Source: a virus (Duplodnaviria > Caudoviricetes). From it: 64,000 nt of DNA. Below the pieces are notes generated by a model, which ran no database searches, was not told the DNA's origin, and was given only the letters and a program-made list of their open reading frames with translations. The stretch spans positions 19,915-83,914 of IMG/VR virus record IMGVR_UViG_3300042257_000094. One strand, 5' to 3'. Below are positions 1-8,411 of this stretch, piece after piece. Positions within the stretch are counted from its first letter, which is position 1. Every line of letters begins with the position of its first letter. The translations under genes and the position numbers were made by a program.

Positions 1-228
1 TTGGTTTTGATTTTAGTCGGGCTAGTATTTACCGTTAAAAAAAGAAAAATAATTACTTGACAATTCTCTCAATATTTGTTATATAAAGAATGAAAGCATT
101 GCCGAGCGGTAATGATTTTATCGAGGTCCGGGCGAAACCCACGTAGTTAAATTCGCCCAAATTTTCTCTTGACTTTTAGTTTGATCTTTGTTATAAAAAT
201 ATTTAGTGTTGATGAGAAACCGCTAGGT

Positions 229-311
229 GCGGCTGCTCGACGGAACATGATTGAGGTTCAAATCCTCTTTGCCACTGGATTCGTGGTGCGGGGCCGACTC
301 CCGCCGCCGCT
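229..311 (+). pseudogene. degenerate class II tRNA, probably derived from Leu(CAA)
   Basis: GCGGCTG.../CGCCGC acceptor-like pairing; GAGG-TTCAAAT-CCTC stem-loop; long arm GCCAC/GTGGT; T-arm GCGGG-GCCGACT-CCCGC with mutated T-loop; no CCA. Confidence 0.4.
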
Positions 312-402
312 AGAATAACAAATTTCTTGACATATTATTTGAAATAATATTACTTGACAAACTGTGTAAAAAGTGGTAGAATATCTCCGATATAATTAGT
401 TA

Positions 403-495
403 CCTACCGTAGTGTAATTGGAAGCACGACGAGTCTTATAAACTCGAACGCCAGATTAGCGGTTAGCCACAGTTCGATTCTGTGCGGTAGGACCA
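403..495 (+). tRNA. tRNA-Ile(UAU) with long variable arm
   Basis: Acceptor CCTACCG/CGGTAGG plus A-CCA; D-arm GTGT-AATTGGAA-GCAC; anticodon arm CGAGT-CTTATAA-ACTCG; ~20 nt V-arm; T-arm CACAG-TTCGATT-CTGTG; promoter TTGACA-17-TAGAAT just upstream. Confidence 0.85.
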
Positions 496-521
496 ATCAA
501 CTTAATTTATTAGAGGTTTTT

Positions 522-670
522 ATGAGAATAGAACTAGAATACTCATATAATAAGGATTGGAGAATTCTTTATTAAAGAAAATAGAAAGTTAACCCATGAA
601 CAAAAAAGAAAAATATTTAATAAATCCGTAATAAAAATCTATAGAGAATATAATAGATTTACTATTTAAT
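522..670 (+). pseudogene. short ORF remnant, possibly the N-terminus of an HNH endonuclease
   Basis: RBS GAGG then MRIELEYSYNKDWRILY-stop; recalls N-termini of HNH genes in phage tRNA clusters (from memory, unverified). Confidence 0.3.
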
Positions 671-732
671 AAACGATTTTTAATTTCAACCTTTAGTCAA
701 AAAGAAAAGGACGAGAATAAATGAGCAATGTG

Positions 733-762
733 TGCGGGGTTCAAGTCCTCAACGCGGCTCCA
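733..762 (+). pseudogene. 3' half of a tRNA (T-arm plus acceptor and CCA)
   Basis: GGGG-TTCAAGT-CCTC...GCGGCTCCA; no recognisable 5' half. Confidence 0.45.
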
Positions 763-881
763 CATTTTCAGCCGGATTGTACTACAAAGGCTTGATGGGT
801 GTAATAAAGGGATAAGGACGTGGGCCTGATAGGGAGTCCTTAGATGTAGAATAGGCGGGGATTCTATATCATAAAATTTCA

Positions 882-957
882 GCTGGGTTAGCTCAGTTCG
901 TAGAGCGGGGGTTTTGTAAACCTCTTGCTGTGGGTTCAACTCCCTCATCTGGCCCCA
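882..957 (+). tRNA. tRNA-Thr(UGU)
   Basis: GCTGGGT-TA-GCTC-AGTTCGTA-GAGC; anticodon loop TTTGTAA; T-loop TTCAACT; 3' CCA; three G-U pairs in the acceptor and one T-stem mismatch. Confidence 0.85.
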
Positions 958-1037
958 TATTTAAAAAGCCTATCGAGGGTATGGCGAACATCCGGTGTAA
1001 TAAAATAAAACGCAGGTAGTTTCGAGCTTCTACCACC

Positions 1038-1071
1038 AAAGCCTGAGATTTGTTTCTTAGGCTTTTCTTTT
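1038..1071 (+). terminator. intrinsic terminator ending the tRNA cluster
   Basis: AAAGCCTGAGA/TCTTAGGCTTT hairpin followed by a T-tract. Confidence 0.7.
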
Positions 1072-1146
1072 ATCCAAATTTTATCTTGACAAGTTACTCT
1101 TTTTTAGTTATATAGGTGTCTCAGTAACTAAAACAAAGGAGCTTGC

Positions 1147-1725
1147 ATGAATATCTTCGTTCTTGATCGTGATCCGAACAAAGCGGCACAATATCACAAT
1201 AACACGCATGTTAGAAAGATGCTACTTGAAGGCTACCAAATGCTTTCAACCGTGATTTGGATGAAAGACATGACGTTTGCTGAATCCGCTTACGCCAACG
1301 GAACTCTTTATTGGCCCTCTCATTATAATCACCGCTGCACTCGTTGGGTTGAAGCATCCTATGACAATTTCCGTTGGATGAATGATTTGGTGCAAGCCCT
1401 TTCACGAGAGTTCACATTCAGGCATCCGGAAGACAAGGTGCATCAATCTTTCCTGCGTTGTTCCCCTACTGTGAATATGTGGGAAGAATCATGCATTGAA
1501 GATGACGGTATCTGTTGGGAGCAAGAGGGTTTGACTGATTTTGCTCTCGCTATGCCTCCGCGCTATTACAAACAAACCCCCGATCCTGTGGAAGCATACA
1601 GAACCTATTATCGTGAATGTAAGCGATTCACCAAAGCAGGATGGGATATGGCAAAATGGACCAAGAGGGGGGAGCCTTATTGGTGGAAAGAAAAGACCAG
1701 TCTTTATGTCAGGGAGGATTCCTAA
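1147..1725 (+). CDS. pyrimidine-dimer DNA glycosylase/endonuclease V-like family protein
   Basis: MNIFVLD...HVRKMLLEGYQMLST...HYNHRCTRWV...AMP...DPVEAYRTYY motifs. Confidence 0.65.
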   Translation: MNIFVLDRDPNKAAQYHNNTHVRKMLLEGYQMLSTVIWMKDMTFAESAYANGTLYWPSHYNHRCTRWVEASYDNFRWMNDLVQALSREFTFRHPEDKVHQSFLRCSPTVNMWEESCIEDDGICWEQEGLTDFALAMPPRYYKQTPDPVEAYRTYYRECKRFTKAGWDMAKWTKRGEPYWWKEKTSLYVREDS

Positions 1726-2514
1726 ATGCCAGAAAAAATATCTCTCAAGAAAAAAGATATTCTTCAAGCTGTCACGGATGCGGGATTTATCAAGTGTGAA
1801 ACCTGTGGAACGTGGTACTTTGAACATGAAGAACATACTTGTGTGTTCCGAAAATTCAAAAAGAAGAAAAAAAAGAAGAAGCCTAACGGGCAAGAATTTG
1901 TTACGAATAAGGATTGTGTGCTTTTTAAATATCCTCTCAAGAAACTTGAAGATATTGAAAAGGTGAAACGGTTCATTCTTGTGTCAAAGAAAAGTCCTGT
2001 GAAAGAAAGAAATTATTGTTTCTTCATTTGGGGAATCAATTCAAACCTTCGGGGCACTGATTTGATCGACATAACAATGGATGATCTTGGTGTTTGTGGA
2101 AAAGGGAAGGGCATATATGTTCCTGACAACGACTACTTCACAATTCGTGAGAAGAAGACAGGCAAGCTCAGGCGGGTGTATGTCAATAATGCCATGAAAG
2201 ACGCTCTCAAGGCGTGGGTAAAGCAAAGGGGCACACATTCCGGCTATCTCTTCAGTCAGGTCAAAGGGGATAAGTCGGCGGCCGTGTCCTTGGAATACTT
2301 TCGCTTCTATCTCAGAGATGTTGGATTGCATTTGGGCGTCGGATTGGGGTTGAGGGTTATGCGAAAGACCTGGGCATATTGGGCATGGAAAAAAGGAGGA
2401 TTGCCAATTGAAGTTATTTCTGAAGCAATGAACCACAGTTCCCCGGCAGTGACAAGGAGATATTTGGGAATTGACACAGAAGAAGTGAAAGAAGCCTTTA
2501 TGGTTGAAATTTAA
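1726..2514 (+). CDS. tyrosine recombinase (catalytic domain only, no arm-binding domain)
   Basis: LRGTDL, EKKTGK, MRKTWAY and MNHSSPAVTRRYLG carry the R-K-R-H-Y catalytic residues. Confidence 0.9.
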   Translation: MPEKISLKKKDILQAVTDAGFIKCETCGTWYFEHEEHTCVFRKFKKKKKKKKPNGQEFVTNKDCVLFKYPLKKLEDIEKVKRFILVSKKSPVKERNYCFFIWGINSNLRGTDLIDITMDDLGVCGKGKGIYVPDNDYFTIREKKTGKLRRVYVNNAMKDALKAWVKQRGTHSGYLFSQVKGDKSAAVSLEYFRFYLRDVGLHLGVGLGLRVMRKTWAYWAWKKGGLPIEVISEAMNHSSPAVTRRYLGIDTEEVKEAFMVEI

Positions 2515-2531
2515 ACAAAAGGATAAATAGG

Positions 2532-2873
2532 ATGAAAATTTATATACTTAAAGGTCTTCAGGGAGAATATTCTTGTCGTGTAGATTGGAATTGCTGTGCC
2601 TTCACAAACAGAGAGAAAGCAGAGAAGTTGAAAAAGGAACTCAATGCTCTTGAAGATTGGCGTTGGCAATTCAATCCAGAGTTCAATAAACTACTAAATA
2701 AACTACTAAATAAAGTTCCTTATGATACGCTTCCCCCCAGACACCCACATAAAGAAATAAAACATATTCCTAAAGGTAAATATCACCTATTTAAGTACTA
2801 CTTGGATTGTATTCCTGACGAATATGATCGAGCGTATTTTGACGTAGAAGAAATCGAACTTAAAGAGGACTAA
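2532..2873 (+). CDS. hypothetical protein
   Basis: ORF with RBS, co-oriented with neighbours. Confidence 0.6.
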   Translation: MKIYILKGLQGEYSCRVDWNCCAFTNREKAEKLKKELNALEDWRWQFNPEFNKLLNKLLNKVPYDTLPPRHPHKEIKHIPKGKYHLFKYYLDCIPDEYDRAYFDVEEIELKED

Positions 2874-2946
2874 TTAAAAACTTCTTGACAACTAATCATT
2901 TCTTTGCTAGAACCTAATCATCTTGAAACAAAAAGGAGAAACGAAA

Positions 2947-4590
2947 ATGTCCAAGAAGAATGAAATTGTTGCTTATGTAGAAGATAATTACCTTGTTGTT
3001 GGGAATGTTAAGTATGATTTGGAAGGTGATCTTGACCTCAGTCATACAGACATCACGGCACTCCCCGACAATCTGATTGTAGGAGGCGATCTTGACCTCT
3101 ATAACACGGATATCGCGGAATTGCCCGATAATCTTACTGTTGGGGGTGATCTTGACCTAAGACGTACGGGCATCGCGGAATTACCTGATAACCTGACTGT
3201 CGGAGGGTACCTCAACCTTCAGAACACCCGCATCACAGCGTTGCCCGATAATCTGACTTTTAGTGGTAGTATCAACCTCCGAAACACAGGCATCACGGAA
3301 CTGCCTGATAATCTGACTATCGGCGGTTCTCTTGACCTCTCCAACACCCACATTACGGCACTCCCCGACAATCTGACTGTGGGAGGTTTTCTTGACCTTG
3401 AAGGTACAGCAATCACGGCGTTGCCCGATAATCTGACCGTCGGAGGTTCTCTTGATCTCTCCAACACCCACATCACAGAATTGCCCGATAACCTGACCGT
3501 CGGATATTCTCTTGTCCTCTACAACACACCCATCACGGCACTGCCTGATAACCTGACTGTTGGGGGGTGGCTTGACCTCGTAGACACAGATATCACGGAA
3601 TTGCCTGATAACCTGACTGTGGGGGGTTATCTCTTCCTTGAAGGCACGGACATCACGGAGTTGCCCGATAATCTGACAGTGAGGGAGTCTCTCTTTCTCA
3701 GAAACACTAATATCACGGAACTTCCCGACAATCTGACTATCGGCGGTGATCTTGACCTCAGAAACACAGGCATCACGGAACTGCCTGATAATCTGACTAT
3801 CGGCGGTTCTCTTGACCTCTCCAACACCCACATTACGGCACTCCCCGACAATTTGATTGTTGGCGGGGGGCTAGACCTCGTAGACACAGATATCACGGAA
3901 TTGCCTGATAACCTGACTGTGGGAGGTTTTCTTGACCTTGAAGGCACAGCAATCACGGCGTTGCCCGACAATTTGATTGTTGGCGGGGGGCTAGACCTCC
4001 GAGGCTCAGGCATCACGGAATTGCCCGGTAATCTGACTGTCGGAGGTTTTCTTGACCTCTCCAACACCCACATTACGGCACTCCCCGACAATTTGATTGT
4101 TGGCGGGGGGCTAGACCTCCGAAACACAAACATCACGGAAACCTCCCACGTCAACAGAAAAGTGCCTGACATGCTGACGTGGCAGGGGGGCAGGTATATT
4201 CTGGTAGATGGGATCTTTTCCGAAGTTGTCCACAAGCGAGACCATATCTGGAAAGTCAAGCAAATCGGAAAAACCGAAACATCTTATGTGGTGACTGACG
4301 GCGAAGGCCGCTTCGCACACGGTTCGACCATCCGGGAAGCCCGTGAAGACTTGATCTACAAAATCTCAGACAGGGACAAAAGTGATTACAGAGGTCTTGC
4401 TATTGACCACGAATTCACCTTTCAGCAAGCCATTGAAGCCTACCGCGTGATCACCGGGGCGTGTGCACTCGGAACCAAGCAATTCGTGGCTGAGCAAAGT
4501 GAAGTGAAGGAAACCTATACCATCAAAGAGATCATGGAGATTACTAAAGGTCAGTATGGACATAACAAATTTGTAAAATTCTTTGTGTGA
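2947..4590 (+). CDS. leucine-rich-repeat protein (18 x 20-aa repeats plus C-terminal domain)
   Basis: LPDNLTVGGxLxLxxTxIT(E/A) repeats; own promoter at 2885 and AAGGAG RBS before ATG at 2947. Confidence 0.9.
   Translation: MSKKNEIVAYVEDNYLVVGNVKYDLEGDLDLSHTDITALPDNLIVGGDLDLYNTDIAELPDNLTVGGDLDLRRTGIAELPDNLTVGGYLNLQNTRITALPDNLTFSGSINLRNTGITELPDNLTIGGSLDLSNTHITALPDNLTVGGFLDLEGTAITALPDNLTVGGSLDLSNTHITELPDNLTVGYSLVLYNTPITALPDNLTVGGWLDLVDTDITELPDNLTVGGYLFLEGTDITELPDNLTVRESLFLRNTNITELPDNLTIGGDLDLRNTGITELPDNLTIGGSLDLSNTHITALPDNLIVGGGLDLVDTDITELPDNLTVGGFLDLEGTAITALPDNLIVGGGLDLRGSGITELPGNLTVGGFLDLSNTHITALPDNLIVGGGLDLRNTNITETSHVNRKVPDMLTWQGGRYILVDGIFSEVVHKRDHIWKVKQIGKTETSYVVTDGEGRFAHGSTIREAREDLIYKISDRDKSDYRGLAIDHEFTFQQAIEAYRVITGACALGTKQFVAEQSEVKETYTIKEIMEITKGQYGHNKFVKFFV
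3061..4140 (+). repeat. 18 tandem 60-bp coding repeats
   Basis: Exact 60-bp periodicity; unit 3301-3360 is identical to unit 3781-3840. Confidence 0.95.
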
Positions 4591-4656
4591 GGATACCTAA
4601 TAAAAACTATATAAAAAGTATAAGGGGATGTAAAATACCTCTTTCTTTTATTTTTG

Positions 4657-4688
4657 CTTGACAAACAAGTTTTATTCTGATATAATGT
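4657..4688 (+). promoter_or_regulatory. consensus sigma70 promoter, copy 1 of a 32-bp direct repeat
   Basis: CTTGACAAACAAGTTTTATTCTGATATAATGT. Confidence 0.9.
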
Positions 4689-4715
4689 GTTCTACATAAA
4701 AGGAGAAATAGATAA

Positions 4716-4940
4716 ATGACTAACGAAAGTAATAAAAATATGTCAAATGTCATTTTTAAATTGAAGTGTTATCGTTGTGATTATGAATGGATTCCTCGCA
4801 AAGAGGAATTACCTAAAACCTGCCCACGATGCAGGGCCATTACGTGGAATAAGAAAGAAAAAACTACCAAAGGCGGCTATCGGGATGGGCGATCAGAAAC
4901 AATCTGGAAAGAACGAATCAAGAATAAAAAAGGAGAATAA
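4716..4940 (+). CDS. small Zn-ribbon protein (paralog 1)
   Basis: CYRCDYEWIPR...CPRCRAITWNK. Confidence 0.75.
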   Translation: MTNESNKNMSNVIFKLKCYRCDYEWIPRKEELPKTCPRCRAITWNKKEKTTKGGYRDGRSETIWKERIKNKKGE

Positions 4941-4944
4941 TTAA

Positions 4945-5613
4945 ATGTCTGAAATTAAACTTATTAATGGAGATTGTTTGGAGAAATTACGGGAACTTGA
5001 TAGAGCATCTATTGATGCTATTATCACGGATCCTCCTTATAATATAGCAAGAGATAATAATTTTACAACAATGGGGAGAGCTGGTATAGATTTTGGAGAA
5101 TGGGACAAAAACGCAGATATATTTTCATATATAGGGGAGGTATCCCGAATATTAAAAAAAGGAGGGTCTTTCGTCGTATTCAATGCTTGGCGTAATCTAG
5201 GTAAAATTGCAGAATATGCAGAAGATACAGGTTTCGTTACAAAAGATATGATTAGACTAGAAAAAACAAACCCTATGCCGCGAAACAGAGATCGTAGATA
5301 TATTACAGATTATGAGTGCGCTATTTGGTTTGTAAAACCCGGAAAATGGACGTTTAATCGACAAGACGATAAATATGAGCGACCTAAATTTGCATGCGGA
5401 ATAGAAAAAGGGTATCACCCTACTCAGAAAAATGTAAAGTTAATGGAGTGGTTAATTAAAATACATACTAATGAGAATGATGTTGTAGTAGACCCTTTTA
5501 TGGGAAGTGGAACAACGGGAGTAGCATGTAAGAACCTCAATCGTAATTTCATTGGTATTGAAATGGATAAAAATTATTTTGAAGTTGCAAAGAAGAGAAT
5601 AGGCAAGGCATAA
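4945..5613 (+). CDS. orphan N6-adenine/N4-cytosine DNA methyltransferase, beta class
   Basis: DPPY precedes HPTQK and DPFMGSGTT. Confidence 0.95.
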   Translation: MSEIKLINGDCLEKLRELDRASIDAIITDPPYNIARDNNFTTMGRAGIDFGEWDKNADIFSYIGEVSRILKKGGSFVVFNAWRNLGKIAEYAEDTGFVTKDMIRLEKTNPMPRNRDRRYITDYECAIWFVKPGKWTFNRQDDKYERPKFACGIEKGYHPTQKNVKLMEWLIKIHTNENDVVVDPFMGSGTTGVACKNLNRNFIGIEMDKNYFEVAKKRIGKA

Positions 5614-5618
5614 AACCT

Positions 5619-5650
5619 CTTGACAAACAAGTTTTATTCTGATATAATGT
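5619..5650 (+). promoter_or_regulatory. consensus sigma70 promoter, copy 2 of the 32-bp direct repeat
   Basis: Identical to 4657-4688. Confidence 0.9.
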
Positions 5651-5678
5651 TTCTTACCTATAATAAAAGGAAATAGGA

Positions 5679-5885
5679 ATGGATAAAGATATACGAATTA
5701 TTGAGAAATGCCGATGTCTTCGCTGTTCATATACTTGGTGGCCCAGAAAAGATAAATCCGAAATTAAACTCTGTCCTAGATGTAAAAGTCCAAACTGGAA
5801 CAAAGAAAGAACAAATTTACGAGGATTAAAACAAGGAACTACAACCTCTATTCACGAAATAAGAGATAGAAACAAAAGGAAATAA
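5679..5885 (+). CDS. small Zn-ribbon protein (paralog 2)
   Basis: CLRCSYTWWPR...CPRCKSPNWNK. Confidence 0.75.
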   Translation: MDKDIRIIEKCRCLRCSYTWWPRKDKSEIKLCPRCKSPNWNKERTNLRGLKQGTTTSIHEIRDRNKRK

Positions 5886-5887
5886 AC

Positions 5888-7870
5888 ATGGTAAACAATA
5901 AACAAGAATATAATATTACTCCCACCTCCAATATAGATTACGTCCATGAGTATTTTATTAAGGTTGCTCCTTATATGGCAAGAACCTTTGAAAATAACAA
6001 TACCGTGATGGTACTTGCATATATTCTATCTAAATGCTCTATGATTACTCACAAAGGACGCGATAGGCAGGGATGGGCATATGTTACGTATGGGGACATT
6101 TATACAAATACCAGAACACCCAGAAGCACCGCCGCAAGGTGCATAACACAATTAGTGAATAGCGGAGTTCTAGAAAAAGATACAAGGAATAATGGGGATC
6201 GATCCATCTGCTACTATAAACCTAACCAGAAATTAATAGACTCCCTCCGAGATGAGGATATCCATGTTTGGAATTTACTGAGAAATAAGAATATCCAACC
6301 TACAAAGAAGAATTTTGATAAATACGCAAAAATATCGGTTGAAATTCGTGAAAAGAGTAAAGGCACCTGTTCCATAGTGGAACACCCCTATTCCATAGTG
6401 GAACACCCCCCCGAAGAAGGCACCTGTTCCATAGTGGAACACCCCTGTTCCATAGTGGAACGACCCTATTCCATAGTGGAACGACCCTATTCCACTGTGG
6501 CACCCTTAATATATAACTTAATAAATAACTCTAAAAGATTACTTCTAATAGATAAAGCAACTATAAATAGTTGCACGACTTTGCCTATCGCTACCGCTCA
6601 GGCAGAAGTCGAGCACGTTAGTCAGGTTGCAAGCGAATCAATCCAAGGGGAAGTTTCCTTGCTAAATTCTAATGAAGATAAATCTAATGAGAATCCTAAT
6701 GAGAGTTCTCTTGTTACTTCTAATAATAATTCTAATCCTAGTTCTCCTTGTTTAATTAATAATAAAGATTCTTCAGAGGTCTTTCCTTGTTACTTAGATA
6801 ATAATTTAATTTCCGCGCCGCCAACCCCACAAAATTCCGACTCGGTGGCAAAGTGCGGTCCTGACGGCGGGGTGGACGTGTCTGTGGAGGGGGGTGAACT
6901 TGCCTCTGGGAGCTGTAGAATCGATTCTAACTCCAAATTCGACCTAGTACCCCACTCGGACACTAAAACGCAAAATCACCCCCAAAAAAACAATCATATA
7001 TTAAACCCTCAAAATCTGTTCAAATCAGGTAAGGGGAGCAAGAAAGAAGAAACAATGGCCGAACTCACGAAGATGAGGGAAACAGACCCCAAGTTCATGC
7101 GAATTTACGATACTTGGGTTGAGCAAGGGTTTCCTGCCCACAAACCAAACACGGCAGTCTTTCGAGAAGCCAAGAAAGTGATTCCTCAGATTCTTGATGG
7201 AACTTTTTTTGAGGACAAGGCAGATGTGGACGGGTATAGTCGTGTTTATTCGGTGAGAGAAATTATCAAGGCAATAAAAAACTTCAAACTCGCTTTTGAC
7301 GTTAACTATGAACCTGCTAATAAGAATTGGTTGAAGAAGCGAAAGAATCTTGCCAAGTTCTTTTTTGATCCGATGTTGCATACAAAGAGTTTGTTCATTG
7401 AGTTTTTGGAAGAGCCAAAACTTATTGAACCTGCAACTAAATCACCTGAAGCAAAATATCTGGAGAAATATCGAAAGAAATATGTGTATATGCCTGATTG
7501 GTTCAAGCCTTTATATGATATTTATGCAGAAGATGGAAGAATGATTCCTGAAGAAGAGTTCACTGAAGAACAAAATAAATGGGGAATTGCTTATTACTTC
7601 AACCATTTCATGCTTGATTTTGAGGAAGACGATGAAGGGTTGGCGTTTGGTGAATTGCCTTTTGGTTGGTCCGATATGGAGATTCTTGTTTCTCTGTGGC
7701 GAGAGCGGGATGGGGTTACAGATGAAGAATTTGAGTATGATCCGAATTTGATGGGAAGTTGGGAAGATGTTTTCTATGCCATTCAAAGCAAGGTGAATGA
7801 GATGGGCAGCAAGATGACTCGGAGCCATTTGTTCAGTGAAAAGGTCTGGAATATGGTGTATGAAGACTAA
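5888..7870 (+). CDS. putative replication initiator (N-terminal winged HTH, internal iterons)
   Basis: YGDIYTNTRTPRSTAARCITQLVNSGVLEK HTH, followed by DNA repeats and a low-complexity linker, as in lambda O-type initiators. Confidence 0.7.
   Translation: MVNNKQEYNITPTSNIDYVHEYFIKVAPYMARTFENNNTVMVLAYILSKCSMITHKGRDRQGWAYVTYGDIYTNTRTPRSTAARCITQLVNSGVLEKDTRNNGDRSICYYKPNQKLIDSLRDEDIHVWNLLRNKNIQPTKKNFDKYAKISVEIREKSKGTCSIVEHPYSIVEHPPEEGTCSIVEHPCSIVERPYSIVERPYSTVAPLIYNLINNSKRLLLIDKATINSCTTLPIATAQAEVEHVSQVASESIQGEVSLLNSNEDKSNENPNESSLVTSNNNSNPSSPCLINNKDSSEVFPCYLDNNLISAPPTPQNSDSVAKCGPDGGVDVSVEGGELASGSCRIDSNSKFDLVPHSDTKTQNHPQKNNHILNPQNLFKSGKGSKKEETMAELTKMRETDPKFMRIYDTWVEQGFPAHKPNTAVFREAKKVIPQILDGTFFEDKADVDGYSRVYSVREIIKAIKNFKLAFDVNYEPANKNWLKKRKNLAKFFFDPMLHTKSLFIEFLEEPKLIEPATKSPEAKYLEKYRKKYVYMPDWFKPLYDIYAEDGRMIPEEEFTEEQNKWGIAYYFNHFMLDFEEDDEGLAFGELPFGWSDMEILVSLWRERDGVTDEEFEYDPNLMGSWEDVFYAIQSKVNEMGSKMTRSHLFSEKVWNMVYED
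6362..6560. repeat. putative replication origin: six 21-bp iterons plus AT-rich tract
   Basis: TTCCATAGTGGAAC palindromic core x5 plus one variant, then AT-rich DNA. Confidence 0.8.
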
Positions 7871-7949
7871 GAAAGTTATTGACAAAAGCAGATAAAATAT
7901 GTAGAAGGGTAGCTAGTTTAAATTAAAAAACAAGGAAGGAGAAAAACAA

Positions 7950-8210
7950 ATGAAAAATTTTAGTGTAGAGGATATTCTTAAAGAAGTGTTTATTGGGAAG
8001 AGGATTAAAGAAACTGAATTTGTTCCTGATACTGAAAATGAGCGGGAGTATTACAAGGATAAGTATATGGATTTTCCTTCGTACGGCAAGAGGGTTATTG
8101 GTTGTCGTTTGAAATTTAATGGGGAAGATACTGTAGTTGTTTTGCTGTTTGAAGATTATACTATTTCTGAATTTTATACAAATGACACTTTTACTTTTAT
8201 GGAGGACTAA
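7950..8210 (+). CDS. hypothetical protein
   Basis: Promoter at ~7878 and AGGAG RBS. Confidence 0.6.
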   Translation: MKNFSVEDILKEVFIGKRIKETEFVPDTENEREYYKDKYMDFPSYGKRVIGCRLKFNGEDTVVVLLFEDYTISEFYTNDTFTFMED

Positions 8211-8211
8211 A

Positions 8212-8406
8212 ATGAGCAATAACAACACAAATTCTGGTGGTATTGGTATTTTCGGACTTCTTGGAGTTCTTTTTGTGGGACTCAAACTTACAGGACATAT
8301 TGATTGGTCTTGGTGGTGGGTAACTTTTCCGTTTTGGGGCGGATTTGCTCTTGTGGTAATGATTATTTTTATCACTGCTCTTATGTCTTATTTTGTAGAG
8401 AGGTAG
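8212..8406 (+). CDS. small two-TM membrane protein
   Basis: GGIGIFGLLGVLFVGLKLTGHIDWSWWWV, a common phage membrane-protein motif; RBS GGAGG. Confidence 0.7.
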   Translation: MSNNNTNSGGIGIFGLLGVLFVGLKLTGHIDWSWWWVTFPFWGGFALVVMIIFITALMSYFVER

Positions 8407-8411
8407 TTTCC

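Noticed and set aside
229-311. tRNA-Sec or tmRNA 3' end
   Set aside because: The TTCAAA loop register gives CAA rather than UCA. There is no 8-bp acceptor, no tmRNA 5' end or tag ORF, and no CCA.
90-1040. Self-cleaving ribozymes (hammerhead, pistol, HDV/theta) next to tRNAs
   Set aside because: I could not find complete core motifs by eye; an Infernal search would be needed.
1726-2514. Integrated prophage with att sites
   Set aside because: No host genes or attL/attR are in the window, and the recombinase lacks an arm-binding domain. Lifestyle cannot be determined from this window.
3061-4140. CRISPR array or DGR template/variable repeat
   Set aside because: The repeats are in-frame coding units without unique spacers. 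Variation is not adenine-specific, and no cas or reverse transcriptase gene is in the window.
3181-4320. Long antisense ORFs over the LRR gene (also 24687-25532 and 61693-62559)
   Set aside because: These are shadows of repetitive or codon-biased sense genes, with no RBS or motifs.
6362-6503. Mini-CRISPR array
   Set aside because: Palindromic units are separated by only ~7 bp; an iteron interpretation fits better.
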